The position numbers were made by a program, and so were the translations under genes. Under the pieces are notes generated by a model, which did no database searches, had not been told where the DNA came from, and saw only the letters and a list, made by a program, of their open reading frames with translations. A stretch of 57,760 nucleotides of DNA, the filler included, from Sphacelaria rigidula (lineage: Eukaryota): the NCBI GenBank assembly GCA_964200075.2. It is 8 parts of 8 records of this genome, joined end to end, with 100 filler letters (N's around TTAATTAATTAA, not from the genome) between each part and the next. Parts side by side here need not be neighbours in the genome. Positions count along the whole stretch, not along the records: positions 21,700 to 28,832 come from CAXNAA020016322.1; positions 28,933 to 36,064 come from CAXNAA020016323.1; positions 36,165 to 43,296 come from CAXNAA020016324.1; 5 more parts are not named here. The stretch is one strand, 5' to 3'. Position 1 is the stretch's first letter; the number at the start of each line of letters is the position of its first letter. This document shows, in pieces, positions 24,031 through 36,659 of this stretch.

Positions 24031-24288
24031 CACGGTTTGGATGCACCATCGCCGACTCGAATCACCAAATCCACGATTTTTCAGGCCTGATTGCTCTAAA
24101 GAGAGGAGAAAGTCGACCGATGGTCAAAAAGGTTCACAGGCAACTTTTGCGCCATTCCGCGTGCCTGAGCTGCGCGTACCTGGGTCGCGACGCTGAAAAC
24201 AAAGCCCAAGGATTGATTCGTAAGGCACGAATCAATCACACTAAAACCATGTAATGACCAATCGAATAATTTATTCGTCCGACCCGTG
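24031..24288. mobile_element. MITE with CACGG(G/T)TCGGACGAAT-type TIR; inverted copy at 35448-35707
   Basis: About 220 bp of similarity to the reverse complement of 35490-35707 (GCTGAAAACAAAGCC, GATTGATTCGTA, GAATCACCAAATCC). Confidence 0.8.
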
Positions 24289-24400
24289 GAACAAACAACC
24301 TCATCGCTTCCCCCTCCCCCTCCTCCTCCTCCTCCTGTTCTGTAAAATCTCATTTGAAAAAAAAACGCTCGACGAAGCCCCGGTGGTTACGGTTCCCATC

Positions 24401-24470
24401 ATGGTGCTGAGCAAACGGAAGAACCGAAATAAGCTCAAGCAGGAGAAGCAGGCGCAGCAGGCACAGAGCG
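24401..24470 (+). CDS. Probable first coding exon of an unknown basic (possibly nuclear/nucleolar) protein: MVLSKRKNRNKLKQEKQAQQAQS
   Basis: ATG in CCCATC-ATG-G context, GC3-rich codons, ends at donor G|GTAAGG; downstream exons not identified. Confidence 0.45.
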
Positions 24471-24548
24471 GTAAGGCGTCGTGTTGGAAGGAAAAGGAAA
24501 GGCGAGCGAAATAGCGCGCGAAGAGGCGAGGGTAGAGGGACGAGGAGG

Positions 24549-24579
24549 GATAGATAGATATAGATATAGATATAGATAT
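24549..24579. repeat. (GATATA)n microsatellite
   Basis: Direct read. Confidence 0.85.
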
Positions 24580-27184
24580 GCTACACGTACTACCTCATTG
24601 TTACAGCTTTTAGTATGAGCCCATCTTTTTTTCCTAATCCAATAGGAATTTTATTGGATATAGTGCCTTTTGAGAAAAGATCTACTCTCACGACTTGACA
24701 ATATGTATGCCGTTTTTCTCCGCTTCTTTCTTGAATAAGCTTCGCAAATAATTGCCGACGTTCAACACTCGCTTCCAGAAAAAAGGCGCGAGGGACAGGA
24801 GCGCAGCGAAGGTCCCGAGTGGCTTTTATATATAATATTTCTAATATCTATATGATTGTTTTTTTTTCTCGTCTTATGTTTAACTCGCCCCCTTCCGCGG
24901 GACAAGTCCGTGATATGGAAAGGGTTCACCCCCATTCTCCCCTGCCGGTACGGTACCCTGCCTGATAACTTGGTGCACGCCATGGATTAGATCAGCATTC
25001 CCGCACTACCTCGACTTTTCCATTTTTCCACATACTCACGCTCCCATGTTTCCAGCGACGGAAATCTGATTGTCCTCAGAAAGAAAAGAAGAAACAACGT
25101 ACCTCTGTTGGGAATGGAAAACCTTGACCGTTTCGCCCTATGGCCGGCAAGGTGGGTCACCTGGGTGTTACCGTCATTTTTCATGTCACAAAGATACCGA
25201 TTCAACAGATGACCCACCGTCGCGATCAAAAGGCTAAGATACACCAGGTGGACCATCAGAGCGCGAGATTGTGGTATGCAAGGGTCAAGTGTTCTGGGTT
25301 CCGATGTTGTTAGTGGCGGGGAGGTAGTGATGCCGGCGAAATGGAGACGATAGTGCTGGCCTTGGAATCGCAAAATCGCTAGTTGCGTATAGCAGAAGTG
25401 CCGGCGCGAGTTCGATGAACGCTGCAGTGTTTTTTGGCGTCGGTGTCTATTTCTCAAAAGGCAAGGAAAGATATCGGGTTGTCCTGTGAATGAAACGCTG
25501 TAAAGATCTTGGGGGAGGGGGGGCAGGTGCTCAGGTGTACTGGCCGCGTGGCATCTGACCGAAACACCATGGAAAGTGTGGGTGCACAATACGTGATCAG
25601 CTGCGCGTAAAAACGAAGGCGTTACTTGACCGGGCGAAACGTGGATGCGGGCGATGTGTGGCAGTTTGTTTTCGAGTAACTATTGTGCCCGATAAACCGA
25701 GCGCAATTCCGCACCCTTTTCACACCCCTTCAACTCTAGCGTAGCTTTTGTGGGGGTACAGCAGGTACGAGCTGGGCCAGCAGACGGTGATTTTTGAATG
25801 TATCCTGGCAATGCGAGTGGTAATTCGAAGAGTTGGGCGCTGGAATTTTGACACGAAATTTTTGTCATCAACCTGCGCAACATTATTGGGGGTGCAGAGG
25901 AGAAACAAGAAAAAAACAGGGAGTAAGAGTCAGTTGAAGTTTCAGCAAAAACAGGAAAAAATGCTATGACTCCGCGAAAAAATTATGAACACGGCTGCAC
26001 CCCAAACGATGTTACGTGGGCACTCGCGTCCAGAACATCTTGGTGAAGTTTCGGCCGAAAAAAACTTAAATTGGGCGCCGGATCGCACTTTTCGTGTGAC
26101 ACGGCCACGCCCATTCAATCCAAGTGATGCAGGAGACTCCAGTTATAGAGGTCATGAGTTCGAATCCCGAAATATTCTCCTCTGTTCTCGTTCCGTCGCA
26201 AAGTTTATATATTATGCAGTACGTTTTTTGCATTTTTTTTTATCGTTCAGCGGCGGTGCTATGTGTTACCAGGTTGGTCTGCAGTTCACAGCGATATGCT
26301 CAAGTCGCGCTGATTGGGAAAACTTGAGAAGCTGTAGTGTGGAAAGCGAATGCGGGGTTTACTGTTGGCCCAGCTGGTGGAAGTTATATACTTCGTATGA
26401 GTTATCCCTGCTTGAAGCATTGGGCCTGTACGCAGAGTATGCCTCATTCGTGTACACTGATTTTGTAGCGTTGCACATCCTGGACAGTGAGTGGTCCGTT
26501 GTTGGGAAATAGAAAATGTACTGCGTAAAGTATAGCCTATTTCGCCTATTGACAAAAGGCACAATAGGCTATACTTTACGCAGTACATTTTTTTTTGCAA
26601 CTATTGACCACCTATCGTCCACGGTGTGAAGCATTGAGCATTGAGCCTTGATACCAGTGATAAGTGGCAGTCTTCGAATGAAGTATTGATAATGGCCTGT
26701 ATAGATATGCATGATCATTTTCCAGAGACACCCATACTTTATCAAGGGCCCGCCTACTGTAGTCGACTCTGAAGAACAATGGACATTCCGCGGGGCCAGA
26801 ATCCGCCTTGCCATTCATCTCAAGTATGATCGCCGTCGGAGCGCGAAACCAGGGCATTTTTTTCAGACAGTCCGAGAAGATTGGCTGCAGTATCGCGGGC
26901 GTTGTGTCGGTGATCTAGTTCTGTAGAGTCTGGGTTCGTGGAGGTACTGCAGTAGTGTGGAGAACACACATGCAGGCTAAAAGTCCTACGATAGGTGAAG
27001 TGAGATTCTCGTTAGGGAACAGAGAGTGATAATGGCACGCTGACTGATGGTCCTGAGGAACGACCTCTCGTGGGTTCTGTTCAGGGTACCGGAACTGGAG
27101 AAGCGCAGGAACGTTAGCAACATCCTTACTGCGCCTTAATATTTAGTCTATTTTCTTTGTCACACTTTCAGTGCCTCTCCTTCT

Positions 27185-27464
27185 TCGGGATGAATCCATG
27201 GTCCCAAGGTACCAGCCCATCTCTCCCCCGGTACACGCCTTGTATGTTGGTTTCGCGGATTGGACCAGCACTTGTACACCACGTCACATACTGTCAAAAC
27301 AGAACTTCAAAAGCACACTCTTATTGCTATTCACATCGTCACGCTTTCAACGGCGGATATCAGGTACTTGCAAGGGGAACAAAAAAGCGAACGCGCCTGG
27401 CGATAATTCGCACCCGCGTTCTTTACACCCTAATGGTGACAGTTATACCAGCAGACCACCGGGG
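27185..27464 (-). mobile_element. Degenerate tRNA-derived SINE; related fragments at about 22830-22915 and 24890-25090
   Basis: Minus strand begins CCCCGGTGGTCTGCTGGTA (A-box-like) followed by GGGTGCGAATT (B-box-like); a GACAAGTCCGTG...GGATT(A/G)GA(T/C)CA-type body is shared between the fragments. Confidence 0.5.
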
Positions 27465-27570
27465 AGGGGCGGCGTTTTACATGGTTATGGTCATTTTTCA
27501 GTGGTAATTTTGTTCTGATGTGTCCGTGCTTGTATTCATTCCCTTCTTTTTTCAAAGAATCATCACCATT

Positions 27571-27588
27571 AATAACAATAACAATAAC

Positions 27589-27648
<60 letters not shown>
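27571..27648. repeat. (AAT)n/(AAC) microsatellite
   Basis: About 26 trinucleotide units, direct read. Confidence 0.97.
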
Positions 27649-27650
<2 letters not shown>

Positions 27651-28832
27651 TTCCGCTTCTATCATTGTCGTGATGTTTTTTCTTGTATTACTGTTATGGG
27701 TAGGAATGGAGGCCGTTTTTGGGTACTATATTCATGGAAAGTGCAAGCTGAACGCTACACGCGTCAGAAGTGGTCTGTAATCCAACGAACCATATTGATG
27801 GAAAATGCACGCGTCATCTACAAGTGACGATTTGGCCCATAAAAAATAACCTATATTTCTAGTACATTTATTGAAGCCTGGGAGTGGTCGGTGTTGAGGT
27901 CATTTTGTTCCTCCGGAAAGCTCGCTCCACACCAGGAGATGGACTGGTTGCACTAGCTGATAGTGTCCTGCTTCTGTCTGTACCAGTCGGGAAGCACACG
28001 CCCGCGAGCTGCCACCCCACGTTTACCGTCACTGCGAGATAACAAACAAAAGAGCACAAACAGCAGCTGTTGTGGCCGCTACACACCAAGGTAACTGCAG
28101 TGAAACGCGTGCCTGACATGGTGCTAGAACGAGAAAGTACAGAAATTTGGAGACCATGAGCAGCAGCGTCGCGCATCCCAAAACTACTGAGAACGATGCT
28201 GATGATGTTGGCGATTAAGATGTTCATGCTGTGCGGATTGGCTACGCGCTGCATGTCCTACACACAGCTATGACTGCGGAATTGGAGAGTGAATTTCTCA
28301 TGAGCCCCATGGGGTCAGGGTCATGGCATGAGTGGAAGGAATCCTATCTTCTCAGTCGCTTGGGCACGGGCTGATTCTCTCTGTCCAGGTCAACATCTTC
28401 AACGTCATTTTTTCGCTATTTTCAGTACGTACGAATATGTGTACAGGCAGCCACTTGAAACATCATGACTCTGCCGACCTAGGCATACATGCTGCGCAGT
28501 CTGAAATCAAAATCACTCTACGCGCTTTGGCTTCTCCGCTGGAACCCTCAGACACAAGAGCCGAAGTCCATGTGTGATCTCACTCTCTGCAACTCATTAT
28601 ATGGAGGATATCGCTATTGAAAGGCGAATCTGCCCTTCGTGCGCAGCCGTACAGAACAACGCAGCAGCACCTGGTGGCATGCCACAAACTGAAATGCCAC
28701 CCGTCACACACTGCTCGCCGCAAGAAAAAAAACACGCAGCCCAAAAACGAAGCATCTCATTCTGATACTATTGACCCTTTTGGGACCGGGCCTCCAGAAC
28801 GACCAATGAGGCCGGTCAGGAATGACGTGTCT

Positions 28833-28932
28833 NNNNNNNNNNNNNNNNNNNNNNNNNNNNNNNNNNNNNNNNNNNNTTAATTAATTAANNNNNNNNNNNN
28901 NNNNNNNNNNNNNNNNNNNNNNNNNNNNNNNN
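28833..28932. other. Artificial scaffold linker
   Basis: 44 N + TTAATTAATTAA + 44 N. Confidence 0.99.
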
Positions 28933-30370
28933 TCATTCACTGATTGACCGCTTTTCACTCTCAATCGTATCATCTACTCTCAATCGCACGAAAACACTGT
29001 TTTGTACGGGCGGTACTCCGATTGAGATGTTTACCAATTACCCCAGTACAGATCGATACTGTTCGCCGGCGTAGGAGCCGCCCTGCGACACATCATATAA
29101 TGTGGAAGATCTTTGCAGCAGCGTGTCCACATGAGCATGAAGTCACGGTGAACGAAATTTCGTCCGCGAAGTGCGGTGTTTCGGGGCGGTTCGGGGCGTT
29201 ACGATCGTCATGCAATAAATTCGCAAATCCCGGTGCTAATTTCAAGCTCGTGTCCGGACGTGCCGCCGCTTGGCGCACATACTGCCCGCGTAGTGTGGAG
29301 CTAGTGTGTCAAGTTTCTTGTCCGATGGTGGAGTCAGGGTTGAGATTTGCACCATCAAAGTTGCTGTAAGAATGTTGAAAACGGCAGTACTAAACTGAAA
29401 GATCGCAAGATACAACATTACATGGTCGGTTACCCCCCAGGGTTACCCCGCATATCCCACGAATAACGCAAACATGATGCTGCCATGTGTTCACCACTTC
29501 GGCAATACGGTACCGGTGAGGAAGAAAAGTACAGAAGGGTCCGCAGGCGCCTTGCGGGTTAGATCCAATGGCCCTTCGGTTCCTTCTCATTCGATGGTGT
29601 CGACAGCATCGTTAATACAAGTACCACTATATGATTCTGATGCCATATGGAGTGTGTGTGTGAAGGTCTTCATGACGTCGTGGCTGCCAGGTGAGGAAGG
29701 GTTGACGTTCATTTTTGTTCACGTAAATACAAGAGAATTTCGAAAGACGCTTTTTGTCATTTCAGAGTGCAAATATCTCAGGATCAGAGTGCAGATAAAA
29801 AAAACACATAATCGAAAAAAAGTCAGGGAATACCACATTTGACTAAGGAGAAACGATTTTTGGTTACACTTTGATCCTGAGATATTTGCATTCTGAAATG
29901 ACAAAAAAGCGTTTTCCGAAACTCTCCAATGTGCAGTCATTTGGATATTGTAGCGATTTAACCAGGATAATATGTAACCTGCAGTAGATCTGTTGAAACG
30001 GCTGAAAAGACTAACATGTCAGCAGGAAGTTGGACCTAGCACGGACAGCTCCAACTTGCGCGTTTACCTGTACCCACTGAACTCTTGGACAGGAATAGTT
30101 ATGTACCCACTCTTATCTTCTTCCCATTGTTTCTATATCGACCCGTATCGACGAACTCGGTTCGAAATAGTACACACATTGTGTCACACAAAAAGAAATG
30201 TCGCTGCCCTCAAATGGCTGTTTCTCACCGCCCCCCCCCCTGTCTCCGACAACGTCCCCCCCCCCCCCAGCTCGTCCATAAATATCTATTTTCTGTGCGC
30301 CATGCTGTTCGCATGAGCTTACTTGACTAGTATACCGCGATTAAAAACCCTCGTACACCCGTATCTACAG

Positions 30371-30509
30371 ATCGAGCACGTTTAAGGCAAGACATACGTG
30401 TACGGACACCGTGCCCACTGGCTGGCCAGAGCTGACTCATCTTACGGCACAGATGGTACAGTCGATATCGCGACAGGAAGTGGAGTTGAGAGTTGTTCAG
30501 GTACCACGG
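30371..30509 (+). CDS. Possible internal exon of an unknown protein (SSTFKARHTCTDTVPTGWPELTHLTAQMVQSISRQEVELRVVQVPR)
   Basis: CTACAG acceptor, one open frame, CGG|GTGAGA donor; no recognisable domain. Confidence 0.3.
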
Positions 30510-31263
30510 GTGAGACAGCCGAACACTCTATACGCAGAACATCAAACAGCTAACGTGAACGTATGTACTCCGTACGAACTAATGCTTCTTTTGCGTATGC
30601 GACCTCGTTGTCTGCAGGGGCTTATGAAAATATGATCGACGCCGGGTGCATGTCCCTTTCCTTGCTCCACTGCTGCAGCTGTTGTCCTGGGCTGTAGTAA
30701 GCCAACGAAGGGAAGCGAAATACAGGCCAGGCCTGAACAACAAATGCCCAAATACCGTTATTTTTTTAGCTCTCCGCGGCAGATGGAGTTCAAGTAGCGC
30801 ATTAGCATCCATAAACATCACCCCGGAATAAAATCCGTGCAAGAACCATGGACAACGAAAATATATACTTTCTGGTGTGAGGAGAGTGATCGCAACTTGG
30901 GCTTGACAAAGTCTGCTGCTTTGATACTATTTTGCGAGACTGCTTTTATTGGCCAAACAAGCGTCCATGAATACCGTCGACTATTGTCTTTCTCTGTAGG
31001 ATGCAAGTGAGTTTAACGGCTACTGAGTGGTTCTATTCTAGGAGTACACAGTTAGTTGTGCACACTGTCTAAGCCTTTCGATGACAAACATTTGGGCCTT
31101 AGCGTGCAGCCTCAGGAACCTTTTTTTGGACAAAAAAGTGCACGCCTACCATAGAATCCCTTTACTGTGCATCCTCTGCGAGTCCCTGTCCGTTGAGACA
31201 GCGAAGTCTGTCCATGGAGACGGCACCATACCATTATATTTAAAAAACTTATGAGCATCGAAG

Positions 31264-31525
31264 GACTGATGCGGCGATAGCCCCCATAAGACAACTGGCT
31301 GCGGTCTGGAAAGGCAAAATCTACATTTATACAAAAATGAAAAGAGCCAAGCACACCGAGCAGCTGGAAATTCCCACGCTTGGGATCATTTTCGGAAATG
31401 TCCTCCATATGATGAGACGCCTCATGCAGTCTGAAATTAGCTGTCATGCGCCGTATGATAATTTTTTCTTCGTGACAGTTTTCGGGCTTTTTTTTCGGTG
31501 GGGAGGGGGTATCGCTGCATCACTC
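31264..31525. mobile_element. MITE with GAG...CTC-type termini, subfamily B
   Basis: GACTGATGCGGCGATAGCCCCC / GGGGGTATCGCTGCATCACTC; flanks GAAG/GGAG. Confidence 0.82.
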
Positions 31526-32562
31526 GGAGGTAACCCTCACACGAGGCTGCGGAGCTGGAGCTGGTTTGATGAGAGTAACATGAACTGCACCCCAGTGTCT
31601 TACGGTTCGACTGACACCATTAGGGCAGGGAAAACGCGGGATCACCCCCCCCCCCCCAGATGCATCCAGTTTAGTTTTTTTCTCCAAAGTATTTGATTTC
31701 CGCGGATGAAAACGTGAGGATGTGCGTAGTAAAAATATTCTACATAGCTGACTTTCTTAGACAGCGGTCGACTCGGTGCAGGAGTGCAATGGTCATGATC
31801 CAATCCAAGATACCAGAATGCAAGGCGCCGTAGAAATCGGCTCATAGTTCGTGGAATCCATCAAGACACGACACTGGGGAGGTTTATGGTAAACACCAAA
31901 TAACAACCAACACAGTACACACGAAAAGAGAGACACAACACATGCGCGCCCACAATGTTTCCCCTGCACTGAGGTTGAGCACAGCACAGTACTACGGCTG
32001 TGGTTCTTCCCGTCCGTACGTTGTCCGTGTGTCCGTTTCTGCAAGCGCAAGCTCGAGTCACCAAGTCAGCTGGTGGTGCCCCCCTCATCGTGGCATCGGA
32101 ATAATCGAGTACACGGTATTTAGACACACTAGATGTAGTCGATGTCAAATTATCTGGTCAATTTCAGAATGTTTTTGCATGCGAAACGTGCACACTTTTC
32201 CGACAGCCTCTGAAATAGTGAACCTCTCTCGTTTTCTTCCCTGGTGATTTTTTTTTCATGTGCCTCTTGATTTCGTCATCATCAGGTAGGAAAGACAAAC
32301 CCTTACCGTTCTCGGCTTCCCCTACGAACGCCAAACTCGGTATCAGCTCGCTATGTTCGAGGGCTACTTACAACAAAATTACGAGTGTCCGCAGCTGTCA
32401 CCAAAAGGACTATCAACCGACAGCGAATGAAAACATGTTTTTGTCACCTCAACCGCCGGCAGGAAAACAAATACGCCCGAGGGAAAGGCACTGCTGGAAA
32501 CATGTCGGATATCAAAACTAAGAACATGTACCAGGATGCCGGTCTGAATTCGCCATATATTT

Positions 32563-32978
32563 CAGGGATATACACGTTACACGTGACGTTTTTACGTGAC
32601 ATATTCGAACAACGGCACTTTGGGCCAATTAACGCTACGTAAGGTTCTAATTTTGGGATGGGACAAATGTAACGTAACGTGATGTAACGTGTGGTCGTTC
32701 GCATGGACGCTAACATAGCGTTTTACTTTCCGAATGTGACGAAAACTTTGCTTGATCTCGTGAATATGTTACGTGTCACGTGCAAAAATAATTAAACCAG
32801 CCTTTTATTACATCTGGAAAATCTCAGGAGACACTGCTTCAAGGTCAACACGTTACATCACGTTACATTACATTTGTCCCGTCCAAAAAATCAAACCTTA
32901 AGTTGCGTTAAGTGGTCCAAAGTTACGTTTTTCACATTTTTTTTTCAATGTGTCACGTGTGTAACGTGTGTATCCCTG
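32563..32978. mobile_element. hAT-type MITE (416 bp) with a perfect 8-bp TSD
   Basis: CAGGGATA...TATCCCTG termini, about 120-bp imperfect arms with CACGTTAC/GTAACGTG motifs, ATATATTT on both flanks. Confidence 0.92.
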
Positions 32979-33982
32979 ATATATTTCTATTCGATCTAAA
33001 CCGTGAGACTCGAGTCGTTGATGGTCCTTCACATCGTAGCTAGACCAACGGCGACACCCACGCCTGCTCCGACCAGAGTATTGACGAAGTTGATCACCTG
33101 ACAGAAGGATACGCAACAACCGAACCAACGGTGTTGTGGGGGGACGAGCACGGTAGTTGAGGGGTCAAGGAAGCGAGGTTGGGATGTGGAGAAGGATGCC
33201 CTGTGTTTGTCGATGGAAAAAATACGTGTTCACATATTTGGCGAGAGCCCTGGTGAGCATACGATGGTTTCGGTAGAAACGTTGTCGCCCTATTAATAGT
33301 GTGGCCATCACTTTTTGGTCTCAGCCGCAACGATTCCTAGCCTGTCATCTGGACAACGAGAGTCGTGGCAAGTCAGCAGCTGGAAGCGCATGTATGCCTT
33401 TCCTGCCAGCGAAAAAAGCACCTCGTTTGTAAGCCATGGCAGCTTGCCCTGTGTGGTGGCGCCCAGGAAACTCTCGAAGTTAGTCGCGACAAACGCCGCA
33501 ATCAAGCACGCCGGCACAGCCTGAAAACATAGAGCACAACGAGCAAATGACATATGCGCCGAATTATACGAATCGTTGATGGCAATTTTAGCTCTTGTAT
33601 TAGTGTCTACGGTATGGAGATCGAAGATGCACCAGATTGGGTCAACGTCGCAAAGAGCATGAGTAAATGGCACCTAGGAGTCGAGAAAGAGGCGGAGGAG
33701 TTGGAGGGGGCACGGTAATGCGAAGACTTCCGCCAATCCGACCTACGCGACGAAAAAGAGGCTGTTGCGCAAACAGTCGCCAACAGGAGAGCCGCCATCG
33801 CTGCAACAGCCTGCAAGGAATCCAGGATGAAGGTGGTCGAAGGAGTGGCGCGCTTTGTACTCGACTATGGATGAGCGGAGAAGGCCAGGGTAGCACGGAT
33901 ACTATAGCAATATACCTCACTCTTGCCCGGTAGGTTGATCAGCGGAGAAGGCCAGGGTAGCACAGATACTGGAGGATATACC

Positions 33983-34338
33983 TAGAGCTCGGAAACGGTA
34001 CCAGCTACAACTGGCCATCATCATTATAAAGCAATAACGGTACTGGTTATATGAAAAAATTGGATGATGGTTTCAAACCATTATTTTCCGTTACCGGCTT
34101 TGTAAGCCGTTACCAGCTACGTATGCTACACACAGCCCTTGAAAATTGGCCCAAATTCAACGTAATTCTTAGCTCTCGTGAAGCCAAATAACGCAAAAAC
34201 ATGCCTTTGGCACGGCGCCTCCGGCGGGGCCCCCTCTGCCGGGGGAGGCTTTTTGACCCGCGGCTGCGCCGCTCGATGACCAAATCATTATGTACCATTT
34301 AACTGGTCAATGGTTAGACAAACCATTTCCGAGCTCCA
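33983..34338. mobile_element. hAT-type MITE (356 bp)
   Basis: TAGAGCTCGGAAACGG / CCATTTCCGAGCTCCA; flanks GATATACC/GATATGCC (8 bp, one mismatch). Confidence 0.82.
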
Positions 34339-34812
34339 GATATGCCTCAATCATGTCCGTGAGGTAGGTGCATTACTTCTGTCCTTGCCTTGCAGCTTCA
34401 GTGATGGTTCTCTAGCGGTGTCACTCCACATGTATGTTATGATTTGTCTTTGGTTTTGGATTTTTTTTCCCTTGGTATTCTGCCTGTCGTCTCGCACTCC
34501 CTCCTTCACTCTCCATATTTTCATCTCTCCCTTCTTTCTGCCTCTTATCATCCCTCGTTTTCTCCCATTCTTTCCCTACGCTTTTTTTTCTCATGCCGTG
34601 TTGGTTTGGTGTTTCACACGTGCGGAGCTCGTGGGGGGGGTGTTGCAGACCACAAAGTGCAGTCCTCAGACTTAAACATGTAAATCGCGGCCGGCTTCCA
34701 TTGCCTCGTTTTGTTTCGTTTCGTTTTGCTCTTGTACGGTCTCCTCACCTGAGCCACGCGAGAGAGGCCTGCCAGCTTGTTCATTTTTTTGGGATCGGTG
34801 GTAGATGTTAGT

Positions 34813-35090
34813 GAGCAATGCTACGGTGGGGGTTGCACTTTTTAGTTCTCGAGCTCTCCTTCTTGTAGGAGCACGAATATATGGGGCTTACTGTGCAGCC
34901 CTAACCCTTTGGGGTCCCGACTCCTAGAAACGTGGTGTTTGCACGCAGGGGCCTTTTCGTGAATCGGCATTCTTTTTAGTGTTTTTCAAGTAAAAATGAT
35001 GCCGACTCACGAAAAGGCCCGGCCAACACCCCGAGCAGCCCCGAGAACCCTTTGAGCTAAAAACGTGCAACCCCTACCGTAGCATCACTC
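34813..35090. mobile_element. MITE with GAG...CTC termini, subfamily C, perfect 4-bp TSD
   Basis: GAGCAATGCTACGGTGGGGGTTGCAC / GTGCAACCCCTACCGTAGCATCACTC; TAGT on both flanks; internal hairpin GGGCCTTTTCGTGA.TCGGCAT...ATGCCGACTCACGAAAAGGCCC. Confidence 0.9.
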
Positions 35091-35447
35091 TAGTCTAGTG
35101 TTTTCTCGTTTAGGCAGGGGGTGGTGAGAGGTTAGTTTGCAGCATACTATGTTTCCCCTTTATTTTCCATCTTTCCTGCCTTTCAACCTACATTCAGCGA
35201 GTTTTCCCGATGGAGTACCTTGCGTATGTCTATCTTGTGAACACGGCTTGATTATTCGCAGCGGATCGGTTGATGTGCGAATATCAATCACTTACTCTAT
35301 CGATCGATCGTCGCGTCTTGTGCGGTGCGGAATATGGACTTAGCCGTATTGTGCTCATCTCTTGTAAGGATGCGTATTGCCCGGTGCCGTCAGTACAAAA
35401 TACACCGAAAAAGGACGCAGCCAATATAGCAATACATCAACAACGTG

Positions 35448-35707
35448 CAAGGGTCGGACGAATGAATGATTCGTCTGGAAATTACTTGATTTGAGTGTAA
35501 ATGATTCGTACCGTACGAATCAATCGTTTGGCTTTGTTTTCAGCGTTGCAACCCAGGTACGCACAGCCCAGGCACGTGGAATGGCGCAACAATTGCGTGG
35601 GGATCTTCTTGACCTGCGATCGACTTTTTTCTCTCTCTTTCAAGGAACCAGGCCTGAAATACCGCGGATTTGGTGATTCCAGGCGGCGATGATTCGTCCG
35701 AACCGTG
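35448..35707. mobile_element. MITE, inverted paralogue of 24031-24288
   Basis: CAAGGGTCGGACGAAT / ATTCGTCCGAACCGTG termini and shared body. Confidence 0.8.
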
Positions 35708-36064
35708 AAACGTAAATGAAATATGTAGGTACGTCTCGGTGTCGTGGCGGTGCAGCCCCCAGGCCAGTGCCGCCGGGCGAGTGCCGCAGGCAGGAGACGC
35801 CCGAGTCAAATGTCCCCCGGCTGGTGAGGGGGTCCCACGGGAGGTACAACACATATTTTTTGGGATCATCTGTCTTGAGCTGTGAGCTCGTTATGTATCG
35901 CCCGGGGGGGTGGCGGTGTACACGCCTGGTGTTCAACTTTGACAAGAATATGTGGGAAAAAGATGCGCGCGGGCGGGGGGGGGGGGGGGGGGGCAGGCCC
36001 TCTTTTTTTTGCGGGGGGGCCGCTGCGTCTCCCGTGGGCCACACCCCCTCGGCCACCCCCACCC

Positions 36065-36164
36065 NNNNNNNNNNNNNNNNNNNNNNNNNNNNNNNNNNNN
36101 NNNNNNNNTTAATTAATTAANNNNNNNNNNNNNNNNNNNNNNNNNNNNNNNNNNNNNNNNNNNN
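36065..36164. other. Artificial scaffold linker
   Basis: 44 N + TTAATTAATTAA + 44 N. Confidence 0.99.
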
Positions 36165-36241
36165 CATTTCTGGCCATTTTTCGTACCTTTCCCAGGCAAA
36201 GAACGAGAAGGTATACCTTTTCTAGGCCATTGCCCAAAATG

Positions 36242-36637
36242 AATGACTCGAGCACATGAGTCATTTCTCGTTGTAAAAAAATTAATGACTCGAGCAGCAC
36301 ACGAGTCATTGCTGGGTGTAAAACAAATAATGACTCGAGCACACGAGTCACTGCTCGTTGTGACAAAATGAATGACTCGAGCACACGAGTCATGCTCGTT
36401 GTGAGAAAATGAATGACTCGAGCAAACGAGTCATTGCTCGTTGTGAAGAAACTGAATGACTCGAGCACACGAGTCATTCCTCGTTGTGAAGAAACTGAAT
36501 GACTCGAGCACACGAGTCACTGCTCGTTGTGAAAAAAGTGAACGACTCGAGCACACGAGTCATTGCTCGTTGTGTTTTCACAAAACATCCACGAGTGCAC
36601 TCGTTTAGACGAGAAATAATGACTCGTCCGAAGTGTG
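36242..36637. repeat. Tandem array of eight ~43-bp palindromic units, probably subterminal repeats of a DNA transposon end
   Basis: Unit AATGACTCGAGCACACGAGTCATTGCTCGTTGTG+A-rich at 36242, 36284, 36329, 36371, 36412, 36455, 36498 and 36541; ends in GACTCGTCCGAAGTGTG. Confidence 0.88.
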
Positions 36638-36659
36638 CAAAAAGTACAAAAATTACATG

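Noticed and set aside
26095-26175. tRNA-like B box GAGTTCGAATCCCG
   Set aside because: No cloverleaf or acceptor stem; at most a SINE head remnant.
26890-27125. Possible solo LTR
   Set aside because: No clear TG...CA boundaries, TSD or second copy in the window.
36242-36574. Palindromic 43-bp array as CRISPR
   Set aside because: Variable segments are only about 9 nt, A-rich and similar to one another; eukaryotic context; no cas genes.
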